Shown here: positions 47,032 to 60,503 of the stretch, one piece after another | How positions within the stretch are numbered: position 1 is the stretch's first letter | Layout: each line of letters begins with the position of its first letter | Assembly: GCA_004431415.1 (NCBI GenBank) | Contig: QPMI01000290.1 | Span: 27,868 to 91,867 of the forward strand | DNA: 64,000 nucleotides | Source: Cyanophora paradoxa CCMP329 | Taxonomy: Eukaryota; Plantae; Glaucophyta | Direction of reading: 5' to 3' | The notes under the pieces: generated by a model | What the model saw: the letters and a program-made list of their open reading frames with translations, nothing else | Databases searched by the model: none | Told to the model about the DNA's origin: nothing | Program-made: the position numbers and the translations under genes

Positions 47032-49458
47032 ATGCACAGTCGAAGAAGAACAACGTTCTCGATGCGCAGGTCGGGATGCGAGCTCAGCGAGGCCAACGCG
47101 TCGGCGCTGCTCGAGACGCTGAAGTCTTACAAGAACCGCGACGATCTCAGCGATGTGACGCTCGTGGTCGGACCATCCCGCAAAGGTGACCATCGCGCGC
47201 GCGCTGTCGAAATTAAACTAAATCGCCGCCGCGCCGGCGCGTATGCGCAGTGTACCGATGCCACCGATTCGTGCTGTCGATGCGGTCGGAGTTCTTCAGG
47301 AACCTGCTCACGGGCCCGATGCGTGAGGGAAAGGAGGGCGAGACTGTGGTCCTTCCAGGCTTCACTGAAGAGCTTTTCGAGGTGCGTCCTGCATGCGCAT
47401 CCCGCGGCCGCCGCGGCGGCGCCGGCGCGCGTATGCGGTGCCTCGATCCGTGGATGGATGCCGCTCGCCGCAGGTCTTCCTGGCGTACTGCTACGGGGAC
47501 CGCATCGAGCTCACGTTGGAGAACGTGCAGGAGGCAAGCGCCGCATCCCCGGCCCCGGCCCCGGCGGTGGCGCCGCGGCGAGAGCTCCGAATTCGCTGAG
47601 GCGCTGCGCCCGGGCGCGGGCGCAGGTGCTGTTCGTGGCGGACGCGTACTGCCTGGGGGAGCTGAAGGGGCTGTGCGGGCGGCTGCTGTGGTCGCGGGTG
47701 GACGAGGAGAGCGCGCTGGAGGCGCTGGAGCGGGCCGAGCTGCTCCCGGAGTGCGGCCTCGCCGACCGCTGCGTCGCCCTCATTCGCAGCGACCTCCCAC
47801 GCCAGTGCCACGCGCGCCCCCATCCCGACCCCCCCGCCCCGCCCCGCCCCGTGGGCCCCGCCGAGGCGGCGCGTGCGCAGCTAGCGGGGTTCGCGCGGCT
47901 GGCGCCGCGGTCGCTGCTGCGCGTGCTCCGCAGCGAGAGCCTCGCCGCCCCCGAAGTCGACGTAATACTGGCCGTCCGCCGCTGGGCACGCCGCCCGCCC
48001 CCCCCCCCCCCCCCCCCCCCGCCCCGCCCCGCCGCGCCCACGCGGGGGCTCACGCGGGCTCATGCGCAGTGCGAGGCGAACGGGGCCGGGAGGCGGGGCG
48101 GGCGGGCGGGGCGCTGCTGGAGGAGCTGGCGCCGGAGCTGCACTGGGAGCTGCTCGCGGGGCCGGACCTCGAGGCCCTCGCCGCCGCCGACCGCCCGCCA
48201 CTCCTCCCCCGCCGCCTCCTCCACCAGGCCCGCCCCCGCCCCTTCCCTGCGCTCCCGGCCTGACGCCCCGCAGGCCCGCGCGGCACTGTCGCCACGCGAG
48301 GCCGCCGGCGCCGCGGGGGCCTCGCCCGCCGCGACCGCAAGGCCGGCCGCTCTCCGCCCCGCGCGCCCCGCGCGGAGTCGTGATGGTTGGGCCGGCAGAT
48401 CCTCGTGATGTACCACGGGGAGGACGGGATCGAGCGCGGGGCCGACGTCGCCGCGTCGCTGGCTGGGGCGGCGGCGGCGGCCGGGGAGGAGCCGCTGCCC
48501 GTTGCGGTGCTGAACACGGCGGAGGGGGCGCCGGGGGCGGAGGAGCTGCGCAAGTACGCGGCCGTCCTCTTCTTCCTCGTCGACCGCTACCCGCTCCACG
48601 CCGGCCCCCTCCTCGCCGCCCTCGAAGGTCCCCGCCCCGCCCCGCACCGCCCCGCGGCGGGGCGGCGAGGGGGCGGGTGGGGCAGGGTACGTGTGGGAGG
48701 GGGGCGGGCTGGTGGTGTGCCCCTTCGGGTTCGAGTTCGGGCGCGGGGGGCGGGAGGCGACGGCCCTCATGGAGGCCCTCACCGGCCTCCGCGCCGTCCG
48801 CCCCCGCCCCGCCCCCGCCCCGCCCCCGCCCGACCCCCGCCCAGGACGGCGAGGCGGCGGCGAGGTCGCCTTCGGGGCGGGGCCGGCTGGGCGGACGACC
48901 CGCGCACCCCGCCCTCGCCGCCGCCGTGCGCGACGGGCTCGACGCAGGGCCCAAGGGCTTCCGCGCCCGCCTCGAGGAGCTGCCGGGACGCGCGTGCTGG
49001 CGCGCTGGAGCGACGGCGGCGTGCTGCTCGCCGAGCGCGCCCCCGGGGCCCCGGCGCCGGCCTCGTCCTCTCCGCGAACCTCTACCCCTGCTCCGCCGCC
49101 TCTTCCCCGAGACCTGCTGGCGCGGGGGCGGCGGGCCCTCCTGCGGGCGCCCTGCTGCACGCGGCCCGGGCGGCGAGGCCGGGCCTACTGGAGCGCCGAC
49201 CGCGAGGAGCGCCTCGCCGCCCTCTGCCGGCCCCGCACCGGCCCGTGCCCCACACCCCGCTCTCCTTCGACCACGTGCACGCGGGCCCGGCCCCGCCGGC
49301 CTCGATGTCGACGAGGGCCCCCGGGGCGCCGCGCGCCCCATCGGCCCGCCCGCCCTCGAGCGGGTCCGGCCGGGGCGCCCTCGGGCTGGCGCTGCGACGC
49401 CGGAGCCCACGGGTCCCCCGGCCCGCTCTCTGCCGGCCCGCCCCTGCCCCCGCCCTGA
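47032..49458 (+). CDS. BTB/POZ-BACK domain protein
   Basis: LSDVTLVVG, YRCHRFVLSMRSEFFRNLLTGPMREG, FLAYCYGDRIELTLENVQEVLFVADAYCLGELKGLC, LAAPEVDVILAVRRW. 3' end uncertain (frameshifts). Confidence 0.85.
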
Positions 49459-49725
49459 ATTTCTACGTTCCAACTCGAAAGGAATCTTTTATTTCTTCGG
49501 CATGCGCACTTCCGAAGTTCGACAGGACATGTGCTCGGTGCTCATGACGATCGATCCGGTACTACGGTATACGTATACGTAGCCTAGTAGTGCGCTAGAT
49601 CATCGGGTTTCCATTTCAAATTTCACTTAACTAGTACTTGAAACCCTCGAGCTCCATTTCGCTTTGGACTTTCGCTTTGAGACTTCGCTTCCGAGGCCCT
49701 GAGGCTTCGTTTCAGTTTGCAATCA

Positions 49726-49880
49726 TTGGGGAAGGACCCCCTTCCCCTTCCCCCACTTGGGGGTGTTCGGGTGCCCACCCTAGGCCAAAATGAAATGTCC
49801 CGACCTCCCAAAACCCGGGTTTTCTCGCCGGATCCTAGGAAGGCATGTCTCTAGGAGTCCGGAAACATGTTCCGGGAGAT
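49726..49880. mobile_element. Second copy of the terminal repeat of the 1798-3232 element family
   Basis: Reverse complement of ~3062-3231, with two small indels. The opposite end is not clearly found (weak CCCCATGAT at ~51213). Confidence 0.85.
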
Positions 49881-51627
49881 CCGGGTCCCGTCGGGTCGAC
49901 CAGGAATGGGCAATAACACATTTTCACAAAATGCGATCTAGCGCCTCACCAAGTGGCGATATATCTGCCGGACCGAGTGCGCCTGAATGCGCCTGATACG
50001 CCCGACGATTCATGTCATACATGCCGAGACCGGAGGGCAAAGGGTGGTCCGCTAGGCCGCCTCAAGTACCTGTTGTACCGGACGCCGAAAAAACGCGCTC
50101 CTGAGAGTTTCGGCCTATCGTGTTGTAGTACCCGTGCTTTAAGCCGGCAAGCTAGCCGACAGCTTGCTAGCTGGCCAACTAGCTGAGCTCCGGCTGTAGG
50201 CTTGCTGCAGCTGGCATGGACTTCAGCCGCACGACATCAAGCGCGTGGCGTCCGTCGACATCGTACCGGCCGCGGCACGTGCGAATGCGTCTGCGCCCGC
50301 CGAGTGCGCGCCGAGGTTCTGCTCTGCTGCATGGATCGTTCGCCCGGCCGGGCCGCTCGAGCCTCACTCGCTCGTGCGCGCGCGCCGCGCGCCAGGTACG
50401 AACTCGTGCGCTCGCCCGCGCGCCACCTCCGCCGCGCCGCCCTCTCACTTCCCTTACACTTCGAATTCCTCTCGAGCTCACTTCCTCTCACTTCTCACTT
50501 CCTCTCGAGCTCACTTGCAGCAGGCGAGACGCAACATCGCATCTGCAGCTGTTCCATCGGTGCGCATGCTGCACAGCTGTGCTCGTCCGACGGTCGCTTC
50601 CTCTGCCGCAGGGAAGGGTCCGGTACCGGTTGCAATTGCACGACCCATGCTTGCCACCCTCAGTCTTGCACCCGCATGCAATCGACCGGTCGAGCCGCTA
50701 GCAAGCATCACACCGCCTCCAATTGCAAGACCTCGGCCTCCGCCTCCGTTGACGGCGCCGGCGCGCCGTCCGCCGCGCGCCTTGCTGCGCTCCTCGTCCG
50801 CGCTAATATAAGCGCCTGCCGCTGCGCCTCCGCCCGCGCCAACGCCGGCCGGCAGCGCGGCCGCCGGCTCCTCCCGCTCCTCGGGGCGGAGGCGCAGCGG
50901 ACGGCAGCGCGGCTCGCCTGGCGGGGCGGAGGCGCGGCGGGCGGCGCGCGGCGCAGCTCGCCGGTGGGACGGGAGGCGCTGCGGGCGGCGGAGTGGCTAT
51001 CCGGGCGGGCGGAGGCGCGGCGGGCGGCGGCGCGGCGGGCGGCGGCGCGTCTCGACGGCAGGGCGGAGGCGCGTTCGCGATCGGGGCGACGCGGCTCGCA
51101 GGGCGGGCGGCTCGCAGGGCGGGCGCCGCGGCGGAGGCGCGGCGGACGGTGGCGCTTCTCAAGATCTAGTCCTCCGCTGAGCTAGATCTTGTCCTCCCCC
51201 ACCCTCCCCCCTCCCCATGATCGAGCTGCTATCAGAGTCCACACTATCTCGGCTCAAAGATAACGTGACCAGCTGCAGGGTGAACTTTCCTGCTCATGAT
51301 CAACCTTTAGAGGTCCTTCCCCTCCAACAGGGGCAGTGCAACTGCAGTGTCCCTGTTCCGTTCATCATGGCATGATCACCTTCAGGCTTCGTTCAAATTG
51401 TAGTCACCTTCGTGTGCAGTAAATAAGCTACAAGGCTACCGTACACTATCGATATCGCTATATTGCCCTGTACTGTACACGCTGCTGTGAAGCTCCAAGA
51501 ATCAATCTTAGCTTCCGATAGACTACATCTGCTTCGCCTGCCTCTGTGCCCTGCCCCTCGGTGGCTGCTCTAGATCTCTCCAACGGCTCGCGTCGCCGGT
51601 CGCTCGAGCGTCGGCCGAGGGCCGGCC

Positions 51628-52219
51628 TCACTTCAAAACGCCGCCGGCCTTGCGCATCTCGAGGTAGCCCTGCGCCGCGCGTCACGCGCAGGCCGCTGCC
51701 GGCGCAAGCGGCCGGCGGGCCGGGAGGCGCGGCGGGCGGGTGGCAAGGCGGGCCTGGACGATCCACTCGGGGAGGCTGCGGATGGTGGCGAACTCGGCGG
51801 CCGAGTGGTACCGCAGCTTGGTCTTCGGGTCCGTGTACCGCGCCTGCCCACTCGTCGGGCCCGCGGCGCGCGCGGCAGCCGCCGGCGTGCGCATGCGCAC
51901 GGGCAGGCCGGTGAGGTCGCAGTACTTCTTCGGCGGGTATGCCGACGGCGGCGCCTCTATGTTCACGTCTGCGCGCGCGTGAGGCGCGCGGCGGAGCGCG
52001 TTCTCCGCAGCAGCGCTCACAGGTGGGGACGCTGGCCGGCAGCTGTCGTAGTTCTCGAGCGCGAGGATCTGTTTCAAGGTCTTAAAAGTCCACCTGTTCC
52101 GCTTCTGCTGGTCCGCTTCTTCACCCATTCTTTGCTCTTGAACGGCTTCTGCGGCGGGCGTCGCGTCTTGGCGCTCGAACGGAGCCGGGCACGCCATGCA
52201 CCTGAGCGCTCGCCATCAT
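51628..52219 (-). CDS. INO80C: INO80 complex subunit C / Ies6 (YL1 C-terminal domain)
   Basis: KPFK, [55 protein letters not shown]. One apparent indel near 52090. Confidence 0.9.
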
Positions 52220-52627
52220 CTGCCCGTCATCGACGCTCCCTGTGGTACTCGCCGGCCTCCTATCGCCCGTCGCAGATGCGCGGCCGTCGTCCGAGACGCA
52301 TCGGACTGCGCCATCGTTAGCTAAGCAAATCCATCGTTCCATATCGCGTGCCGAGCTGCGAACGCGCGTTGCTTCTTGTTGTCGCGCTCTCCTTCTCTTC
52401 GTAGTCGTCCTCGGGTTGTCGCGCTTCTTCGCGCGTGGCATGTGTGGGATTCTGCTGCTGACGCGAGCTCAAACGAGGATAAACCTGACAAACCAAGTCA
52501 AACCAGGACAAACCAGGTCAAACCTCGGCCGCGGGTACTCGACAACGCTGTTCGGGCGAGCGCTCCGGATCCCCAGCCTGTACGCCGTACAGAGCCTGTA
52601 CGCCGTACAGAGGCTGGGAGCGGTCCG

Positions 52628-54477
52628 ATGGTCTGCGCGCTGGCGCTTCTGGCGCTCGTGGCTAGCGCGGCAGCATGCGGCCGGCAAGCGCGGCGATCGG
52701 CCCCCGTCGTATGAGGCCCGCAGAGCGATGCGCGGGAGTGGATGATATGCACGGGGCCATGCAGCTTCAGCGTCTATGTCGAGCCGCGGTTTGGAGCCAT
52801 CGAAGTCTTTCTGCGCGTCGACGGCAGGCCTGCGTACGCGTATAAGACGAGGCAGCTGCAGCGGCGCCCCGATCACTTGATTATGGCGCCGAGGAGGTCG
52901 CGGTAGACGGCTGGCCACGGCGGGCGTCGGTTACCGCGATCTTCTTCCGGTCGGGCCGCGCGGAGCGCGGCTGCAAGCTGGCGGTGGCGAACGAGCGCGG
53001 TTCAACTACACTGCGCGCTACGCTGTCGTCATTCGGCGCGGCCGGATGGAGAGCGGCGCCGGCGGCGCGCGTGCTGGCGGCCTCCGCTGTCTTCACGTGG
53101 GCGGCCTCGTGTACATCCTCGGCACGCACCTGGGTCCCGCCGGCAGCCGCCCCGCCGTCTCCCTCGCCGGCGTCCCTGCACCGTCCGCCCCGCCGCGCGC
53201 GCGCGCGCGACCCGGCGTCGTGCAGCGGGGCGGCTAATCGCGAGCGCGCGGGGGGGGCAGGGGCGGAGGTGCTGCTGGAGGACGTGCGGGCGGCGTGCTG
53301 GGCCCCGCCGGCGCCCCGGCCCCCGCTCGACGTCGCCCTGCGCCCTGCGGGGGCGGGCCCGAGGCCACCGCCCCCGCCGCCCTCGAGTACGTCGGTGCGC
53401 CGCCCTCGCCCCGCCCGCCGCTCGGCCCGCGGCCGCCTGCTGAGGGGCGGCTGGCAGAGAGCCCGTTCGCCGAGGCATTCGTGGTAAACCTCGCACGGAG
53501 CCCGGCCGCTGGCAGAGCGCCGTCGCCAGGCCCGCCACGCGCGCACCCCGCCCCGCCCCGGCGCGGCCGGCGCTGACGGGAAACGCTGGGTGCAGCTGCG
53601 GCGGTGGGATGCCGCACCGGCGGATCGCGGCGACGGACCTGGAAGAGCTGAGCGACGCCGAGCGGGCGCGGGCGCTGCGGGAGCTGGGGTACGGGGCCTG
53701 GGGACGTACTGCGTGGCGGAGAGCATGCAGCGGGCGTGGCGGGCGCTGCTCGCGTCGCCCCTCCCCAACGCCCTCGTCCTCGAGGACGGTGCCCCGCCGC
53801 CCGCCCCGCTCCCCTCCGACGCCAGCCGGCTGCCGCCCGCAGACTTCGTTCTGCCGCACGACTTCGCGGGGCGCGTGGCGCGCTGCTGGCGCGACGTGCC
53901 CCCGGACTGGCACCTCGTCTTCGCGCGCCCGCCGGGCCCCTGCGCCGGCCCCGGGGCGGTGACGGGGCGGCAGGTCGGCGGCTGCTCGCTGCCGTTCGGG
54001 AACCCGACGGGCGGTGCGCGGTGCGGGGCACGCAGTACTGCATGCACGGGCACGCGGTGTCGCGCGTGGGGCCGCCTTCCTCCTGCGCACCCTGCGGGCG
54101 CCTGCTCGCTCGACATCGACTTCTGCGTCGCGCTCCTCTTCGAGGCCCGCCCCGCCCGCCCACCGGCCCGCGCTGACGCCGGCGCAGCAGTTCGAGGCGC
54201 AGCGGGCGCGCAACGCCTCGAGGGGCGCCCCGCTGCCGGCCCCTGCAGTTCTTCAAGCTCGTGCGCCGGCCCCGCCCGCCCCGCGCAGCGCCGCGGGGGC
54301 GAGGGCGGGGCGGGCGGGGCAGGCGGAGGGGCGGGCACGGGTCGGACGTGCTGGCGGAGGGCCTCTACGGGAACGGCTTCGTCTTCCAGGACCGCGCTCC
54401 TTCGCCACCGACCGCACAGACTGGCTCGCCCAGGCCGGCCGCCCCGCCACCCCCGAGATGGACCGCCCCTCCCCTGA
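52628..54477 (+). CDS. Putative glycosyltransferase family 25 protein with signal peptide (frameshifted)
   Basis: MVCALALLALVASAAA leader. FVVNLARSP, YCVAESMQRAWRALL, ALVLEDD, VPPDWHLVFVGG, YCMHGHAVSR.GA. Confidence 0.55.
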
Positions 54478-54591
54478 CGCCCCGCCCCGGAGCACCGCCA
54501 CCCATGCGGATACCAATACGGACACTACACACGTAAATAGTACAAAGGAAAATTGATGACGTGGAGAGGGCGGGCGGGTGCAGAGCGAGGG

Positions 54592-57084
54592 CTAGGAGGG
54601 CGTCGGAGCGCCGGGAGGCCTCGAACGAGCGGGGGCGGCGGGGCGGCTGGCGGGCGCTGCGCCACGGCCGCACCGCCGCCTCCCGCGGGGAGCGCACCCC
54701 ATCGAACTCCTCCACGTCAGTCGATCCGCCCTCGTCCCGTCCCGTCCAGCGCACCGCCCCCGCGCCGCCGCCGCGACCGCCGCCGCCTCCGCCTCCGCCT
54801 CGGGCGCGGGGCCGGGGTGCGGGGGCCGGACGGGCGGGGCCGTGCGGGAGCTGCTGCGCGAGCTGCTGCTGCCGCCGTCCGCGACGACGGAGATGACGGC
54901 ATGGGCCTTGCCGGCGGGCAGGGCGCGGGCGGGGCACGCGGGGCCCGATGGAGCCGCCATCGCCTTGACGCGCTCGACGACCTGCGCCGGCGGGCTCGCC
55001 GGCGCCCCGGGCAGCGAAGGGGCCGGCGGGGGCGGGCACCTCGGCGACGGTGCGCGTGGCGTAGCCGTCGGCGACGCGCGCCGCCCGCAGCCGCCGCATC
55101 ACGATCTCGCCCAGCGTGCGCGCAACCTGCGGAGCGTCGGATGTGCGCGAGGGCGGAGGGAGGGCAGGAGGGGGGCGGGCCTCGAAGTGGAGCCCTGGTT
55201 GCGGTACATGAGGCCTGTGGTGCTCCAGCGTCATCGCCAGCGTCTGCCCCGCCACCCCCGCTCAGTCCCCGCCCGCGCCCCGGCCGGCGCGGCGCGAGCG
55301 GGGCGGGCCTGCATCCAGACGGGGTTGCAGGCGAGGGAGGTCATTGGCACGATGTCGTCGTGCCGCATCGCGTGCACCGTCCGCTGCACCAGGTCGTCGA
55401 TCCGCTGCGTCGCCGTCTCTTGCTGCCGTCGCCCCGCCTCGCCCGTCAGCGGGGCGGGCCTGGGCGGGGCGGGCGGGGCGGGCGGGGCGGGCGGGGGGAC
55501 CTTGATGGCGAAGAGGCGCTGGACCTCGTCTCCTGCTTGTCGGCGATGAGCTGAGCTTCTTCGCGCGCAGCCGCCGCTTGCGCTCCGTCTGCCGCCGCGA
55601 CTCCTCCTCCTGTGCCTGGTCCAGGTTCTGCGCCCCGCCCCCTCAGCGACCGGCGCGCGGGGGCGGGGCGGGGCGGGGGGGGCGGACGTCGACGACGATG
55701 CCGATGAAGAGGTTGGTGAAGACGAAGTGGCCGACGGCGATGAAGGCGACGGCGAGGAAGCGATCGTGTAGTCCCGCTCTGCTCGATCGGCACCGTGAAG
55801 CTGCTCCAGTTGTCCGCCGTCACCATGTCGAGAGCGTCAGCAGGCAGTCCGGCAGCGTCGTCCACGCCGCCAGCCCCGCGCCTTGGACGTCTCCCGAAGA
55901 ACTGCCCCCCGCCCGCTCGCAGGCCGCCCGCGGGAGGCGGGGGCGGGGGGCGGACGTTGAAGGCGACGATGGCGTAGACGTACATGAGGAGGAAGAGGAG
56001 CAGCAGCAGGTTCGCCGCGCTCTTCATCGTCCGCACGATCGCTGCGCCCGCGGTGAGCCGGGGCGGGGTGTGCGGGCGGGCGGGGCGGGGCGGGGGAGGG
56101 TGGCGCACCGAGCATGAAGACCTGGAGGGGCTCGATGAAGGAGATGCCGCGGAGGGCGCGGAGGCGCGCAGGCCCCGCACCACCCGCAGGAACTTGACGT
56201 TCCGATCTGCCGCCCCTCAGGGCCGGCGGGGCGGGGCGGCGGGGCGGCGGGCGGACGGAGGCGAGGAGGCCCGGGGCGAGGAGCTGGACGAGGTCGAAGA
56301 TGGAGAGGACGAGATGATGAAGTCTGCGCCCGCGCCCCGCCCCCTCACCGCCCGCACCCGCCCGCCGCCCGCCCGCCCCGCCCGCTCCGCGCACGAAGAC
56401 GTTGTAGCCGCTCTTCCAGTAGCCCCGGGGGCGACGTAGAGCTGCGAGGGGCGTCGGCGCGAGCGGCGGGGCGGCGCGGGCGGGCGGGGCGGCCTTCAGG
56501 GCGGCCTCGGTGAAGTAGACGGCGAGGGAAACGATGTCGATCGCGGAAAAGGCCTGCGCCGCTGCGTCAACGGCGGCGGCGCGCGGCGGCGCGGGGCGGG
56601 GCGCACGACGGGTTCCCTCCGCCACCTTCTTGTCCGTCTGGATCGCCATCACGATCATGTTCACTGCGCGCCCCGTCGGCCGGCTCGCCGGGGCGGCGCG
56701 GTGCGGGGCGGGACGGGGCGCACGAGGATGACGAGCATGATGCCGTTGTTGAAGTACGAGGTGCCGACGACGTGATGCACGTAGCGGTGCATGAACGAGC
56801 GGTAGCGCGAGACCGCAGCCGCCTCTTGCGCGCCGGCTCGTCGTCCCGGGGCCCCTGCGCCTCCTCCGGCCCTTGCGCCTGTCCGTGTCCCGGTCCGTCG
56901 AGCCCCGGAGTAGACGGAACTGCGCCACTGTAGACGGAACTACGCCAGAGTATGCGGAGCTCGCCCGCTGTAGGCTGACGCGCCCGCTCCTCCCCGACAT
57001 TCGACTGCTCACGCCTGACCGCGCTGACATAGCATCGCTCTCCGGTCGACGGCGCTCCCGCTCCGCCTCCCCGCGCTGGAGCAT
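54592..57084 (-). CDS. CatSper-type 6-TM cation channel alpha subunit (CatSper3-like), frameshifted as assembled
   Basis: FNNGIMLVILVNMIVMAIQT, DIVSLAVYFTEAALKLY, YWKSGYNVFDFII, S4 FLRVVRGLRALRGISF, pore VTADNW, VGHFVFTNLFIGIVVQNL, C-terminal HDDIVPM..NPVWMQT..LHFEVARTL. Stop uncertain. Confidence 0.8.
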
Positions 57085-57568
57085 AGCTCACGCTGCTGGG
57101 ATGGCCTGGTGACTCCGAAGGCTGGACGCTGGATATCCGAAGGCTGGGCGCTGCGACGGTTACCGCCCAGGGCCAAAGCTAGTGCGCATAATCGATGCAG
57201 AAGGCAGTGTGGAGGTGATCCTAATCACTGGGATGGCGAAGGAAGGTCGGAGGCTGGCGCGGATTGGGGATCTCGTCTATGGCCTGGGATCCTCCAGAAC
57301 TACGATATCTGCACTCAAAGCTCCACTGAGCAGCTGCTCCCCGCTTGCTGAGCGCAGACGCGCGGCCCGGTCGTTTACCTCGCTGCTGCAAGCCCAGCTC
57401 AGCGAATGGATCTTTGCTCGGTTGAGCTGCCCGCGTCCCCGAGCTGCAGGTGCGCAATGATGTGCGTTTCGCCGCCGAATCACGTACCCCGGCCTCACAA
57501 AAATTTGCTCGCCGGCGCCACAGTGAGCAATGCGTCGGATCGACGCGTGCGCTATATCAACGCGAATA

Positions 57569-58880
57569 CTATGATGCATTGTCTACTGTTTTGGGCAAGT
57601 GTGCGAGGAGGCGGTCTATCGTCGCCTCCGTCTCCTCGAGAGGCCGCCGCCTCTTCGCCTCCCTCGCGCCTGGTCCGCGGCGGGGGCGGAGGCGGAGGCG
57701 GTGCTGGCGCGCCAGGCAGCGAGCGTCCGGCAAGGGAGGGCTCCTTGATGGCCCGCAGCGTGGCGATCCCTCTTGCGCCACGCCCGTCGCCGCCAGTGCC
57801 TCCAGCGCCTGCAGCACCTGCGCCCGCCCACAGAACGCGATCAGGGCAGAGCGCGGCGCAAGCGCGCGCCGGGGCTGTTGCGCGTGCGGAGCGGGAGCCT
57901 GGAGGGTTGGGCGCGGGGCGGGGCGGCGGGCCTTCTCGCGGAGGTCGGGTCGTCGTCGCGGCGGAGCAGCAGCGCGAGCGGCGCGACGGCCTCGGCGTCG
58001 ATGAGCCGCAGCGCGTACGCCGCCTTCTCCCCGCACAGCGCGTACGCCAGGAACGCCCCCGCGCAGCGCCCGCACGTCTGCGCCCGGCTCCGGTCGGCGC
58101 GGCGTCGCGGGCGCGGGGCGGGCGGGGCGGGCGGGCCTGTCTCGTGGCGAAGAGGCGGGCGAGGGCGGGGAAGCCGCCGCTGGCGACGAACGCGAGGCCG
58201 CCCTCCTCGCTGTGCCGCACCAGCGCTGCCCGCCCGCACCGGCTCGTCGGCCACCGCGCCGCGGCGGGTGGCACGGGCGGCCGGGGCGCACCTGAGAGGG
58301 CGAGGACGGCCTTGGAGCGCACGTCGCCGCTGGGGTCGCTCTGGAGCTTCTCGAGCAGGAGGGCACGAGCTTGAGCTCCACCGCCGCCCGCTGCACCCGC
58401 TCGTTGTGCTGCAGCGCCGTCGCCAGCGTGTGCGCCGCCAGCGCCCGCACCCCGCGTCCCGTCCCCAGCGCTCCATCACCACCGGCAACCCTTCATCTCT
58501 CCAGGTCTGCGCGCAGGGTCAGGAGCGCTAGCGGCCAGCCAAAGCCAGGCATCGGGAGCGAGCGGGCGCTGCGCGCGAACCGGAGGCGTTGTCAACGGAC
58601 TCGACGAAGAACTGGAGCTCCTCGAGCGCCTCGGCTTCGCATCCGCATCCGCTTCGGGGTTCGCAACCACGGCAGCGCCCGCCGCATCTTCGGTGCGTCA
58701 CCTCTAGCGCGCTCTCGATGAACGCCTTATCTGCGCAAGAGCGCTCTTAGCGCATGCTTCACGTGCTCCTCCGAAATCGATCGTAGCGAGCGCTAGCGCT
58801 AGCGAGAGCGGCGCGCTGAGCGCGCGGGGAAATGCTAGGTGCATTCACTCGCTTAACGCGCGTGGCATTTCTTCCGGCAT
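57569..58880 (-). CDS. Hsp70 nucleotide-exchange factor Fes1/HSPBP1-like (armadillo), frameshifted as assembled
   Basis: ALEELQFFVESVDNASDL, VRALAAHTLATALQHNERVQ, VRSKAVLALSALVRH, AFVASGGF, DDPDLREKVLQAL. Start uncertain. Confidence 0.8.
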
Positions 58881-59192
58881 GTTGGACCGTGCGCGTCGAG
58901 AAGGTTCTAGACTACCGTGCGCAGGCGGCGGACACGGTGGCGCTGCACTAATATATAAGTAGCTCTTTCTTAATCCAAAGGTGCTTAAACGAACTCCTCC
59001 GTGATGCGCTTGTATTTGCTCATGTCAGTCTCGTGGTTCTGAACCGCCGCTGCATCCTCAGCTCGTTTGGATCGCTGTACTGGAGCGACATTTGAGCAGC
59101 TTTTGCAGCGGCGCGTCCATCGCTGAGATGGGCTGTACCCCTTTCTTCGAAGTTGGCGCCTTCCACAGCGCGCATCTGAAGGTGCTGCAGCG

Positions 59193-60503
59193 ATGGCGAT
59201 CCGCGAGCGCTCTGCAACGCCCAGCGGGCCACGCAGCGCTGCGCGAAGCGGCGGAGGCGCGCTGACCTGAGCGCCTGCACTTGACGCCAATCCACAAGCG
59301 CGCCGCGGAGGCACACTCTTCCCGCACCCGCTCATCGTCGGAGTCATCGGTCCGCGCTGCGCTGGAAAGACGACGCTGTCGGAGTACCTGGCGACGAAGC
59401 TCGGCTTCCAGCGCTGGACGCGGCAGCGCTTGATCACGGAGGCTTATGGAGGAGATAATGTGCGACTGGAAGCGGTCGCACGTCCTCGACGGCCTCACGC
59501 TCACGACGCCCGGCTCTGGCTACGCCGGCCTCTCTTCTATGTGTTGTTTGTGGACGCTCCGGTTCTGGAGCGCTTCCGGAGGGCAGCGGCGCGGCGGTCG
59601 CCTCACGACCCGCTTTCGCTGGAGGATTCATAAAACGGACGACGTGGACTGCTACGGCGCGCGCGACGGATCGCGCTCCGGTGCGGTTCGCCTGCGCAAG
59701 CGGTTGCGGCGGAGCTGCGGGCGGCGGCGAGCGGGCGGGGCGCAGGGTGCCGGGAGGCGATGCCGTACGCGCGTGTGCGGTGGTGAACGACGGGAGCGTT
59801 GAGCACTTCCTCAAGCTCGTTGCGACTCGGACCTCGCGAACCTGTGCGCCCGCTCCCGCCCCGCCCGCCGGCGCGCACGCGGCTCACGGGGCGGCGGCGG
59901 CGCGCGGGGCGCGCGTGCGCAGGATACGTGAGGCCGTCGTGGGACTCGTACTTCATGCGGCTGGCGGAGCTCGCGAGCCAGCGGAGCAACTGCATGAAGC
60001 GGCGCGTGGGCCATCGTCGTCCGCGAGAACCGCGTCGTGAGCTCCGGCTACAACGGGACCCCGCGCGGCTGCCAGAACTGCAACGAGGGCGGCTGCCGTC
60101 GGTGCGTCGCGCTCTGCGCCGCGCGAGCGCCTCTGAGGGCCCGCGGCAGTGCAACGGGAATGCGCGGGCGGGGACGGCCTGGACGAGTGCCTGTGCCTGC
60201 ACGCCGAGGAGAACGCCTCGTGCGCCGCCCGCGGCCCGCCCTCGCCGCCGGGCAGACGAGGGTGCGGGGGCAGCTGGAGGCGGGGCGGGAGCGGCGGCGG
60301 GGGCGGTGCTGTACACGAGCCGCTGCCGTGCCTGGGGTGCACGAAGAAGATCGTGCAGGCGGGGGTGCGGGAGGTGGTCTTCAGCGCGGCGTACGCGGAG
60401 AGCATGGACGCCGTCTCCCGCGCCCTGCTCGCCGAGGCCGGCGTCCGCATCCGCCAGCACGCCCTCGGCCGCCCCGCCAGCCTCGGCCCGTCTCCGCCCT
60501 TGA
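59193..60503 (+). CDS. DCTD: dCMP deaminase with N-terminal P-loop domain (fungal Dcd1-like architecture), frameshifted as assembled
   Basis: IVGVIGPRCAGKTTLSEYL, VDAPVLERF, RPSWDSYFMRLAELASQRSNCMKRRVG, GYNGTPRG..NCNEGGC.RCN, CLCLHAEENA, PCLGCTKKIVQAGVREVVF. Start uncertain. Confidence 0.92.
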
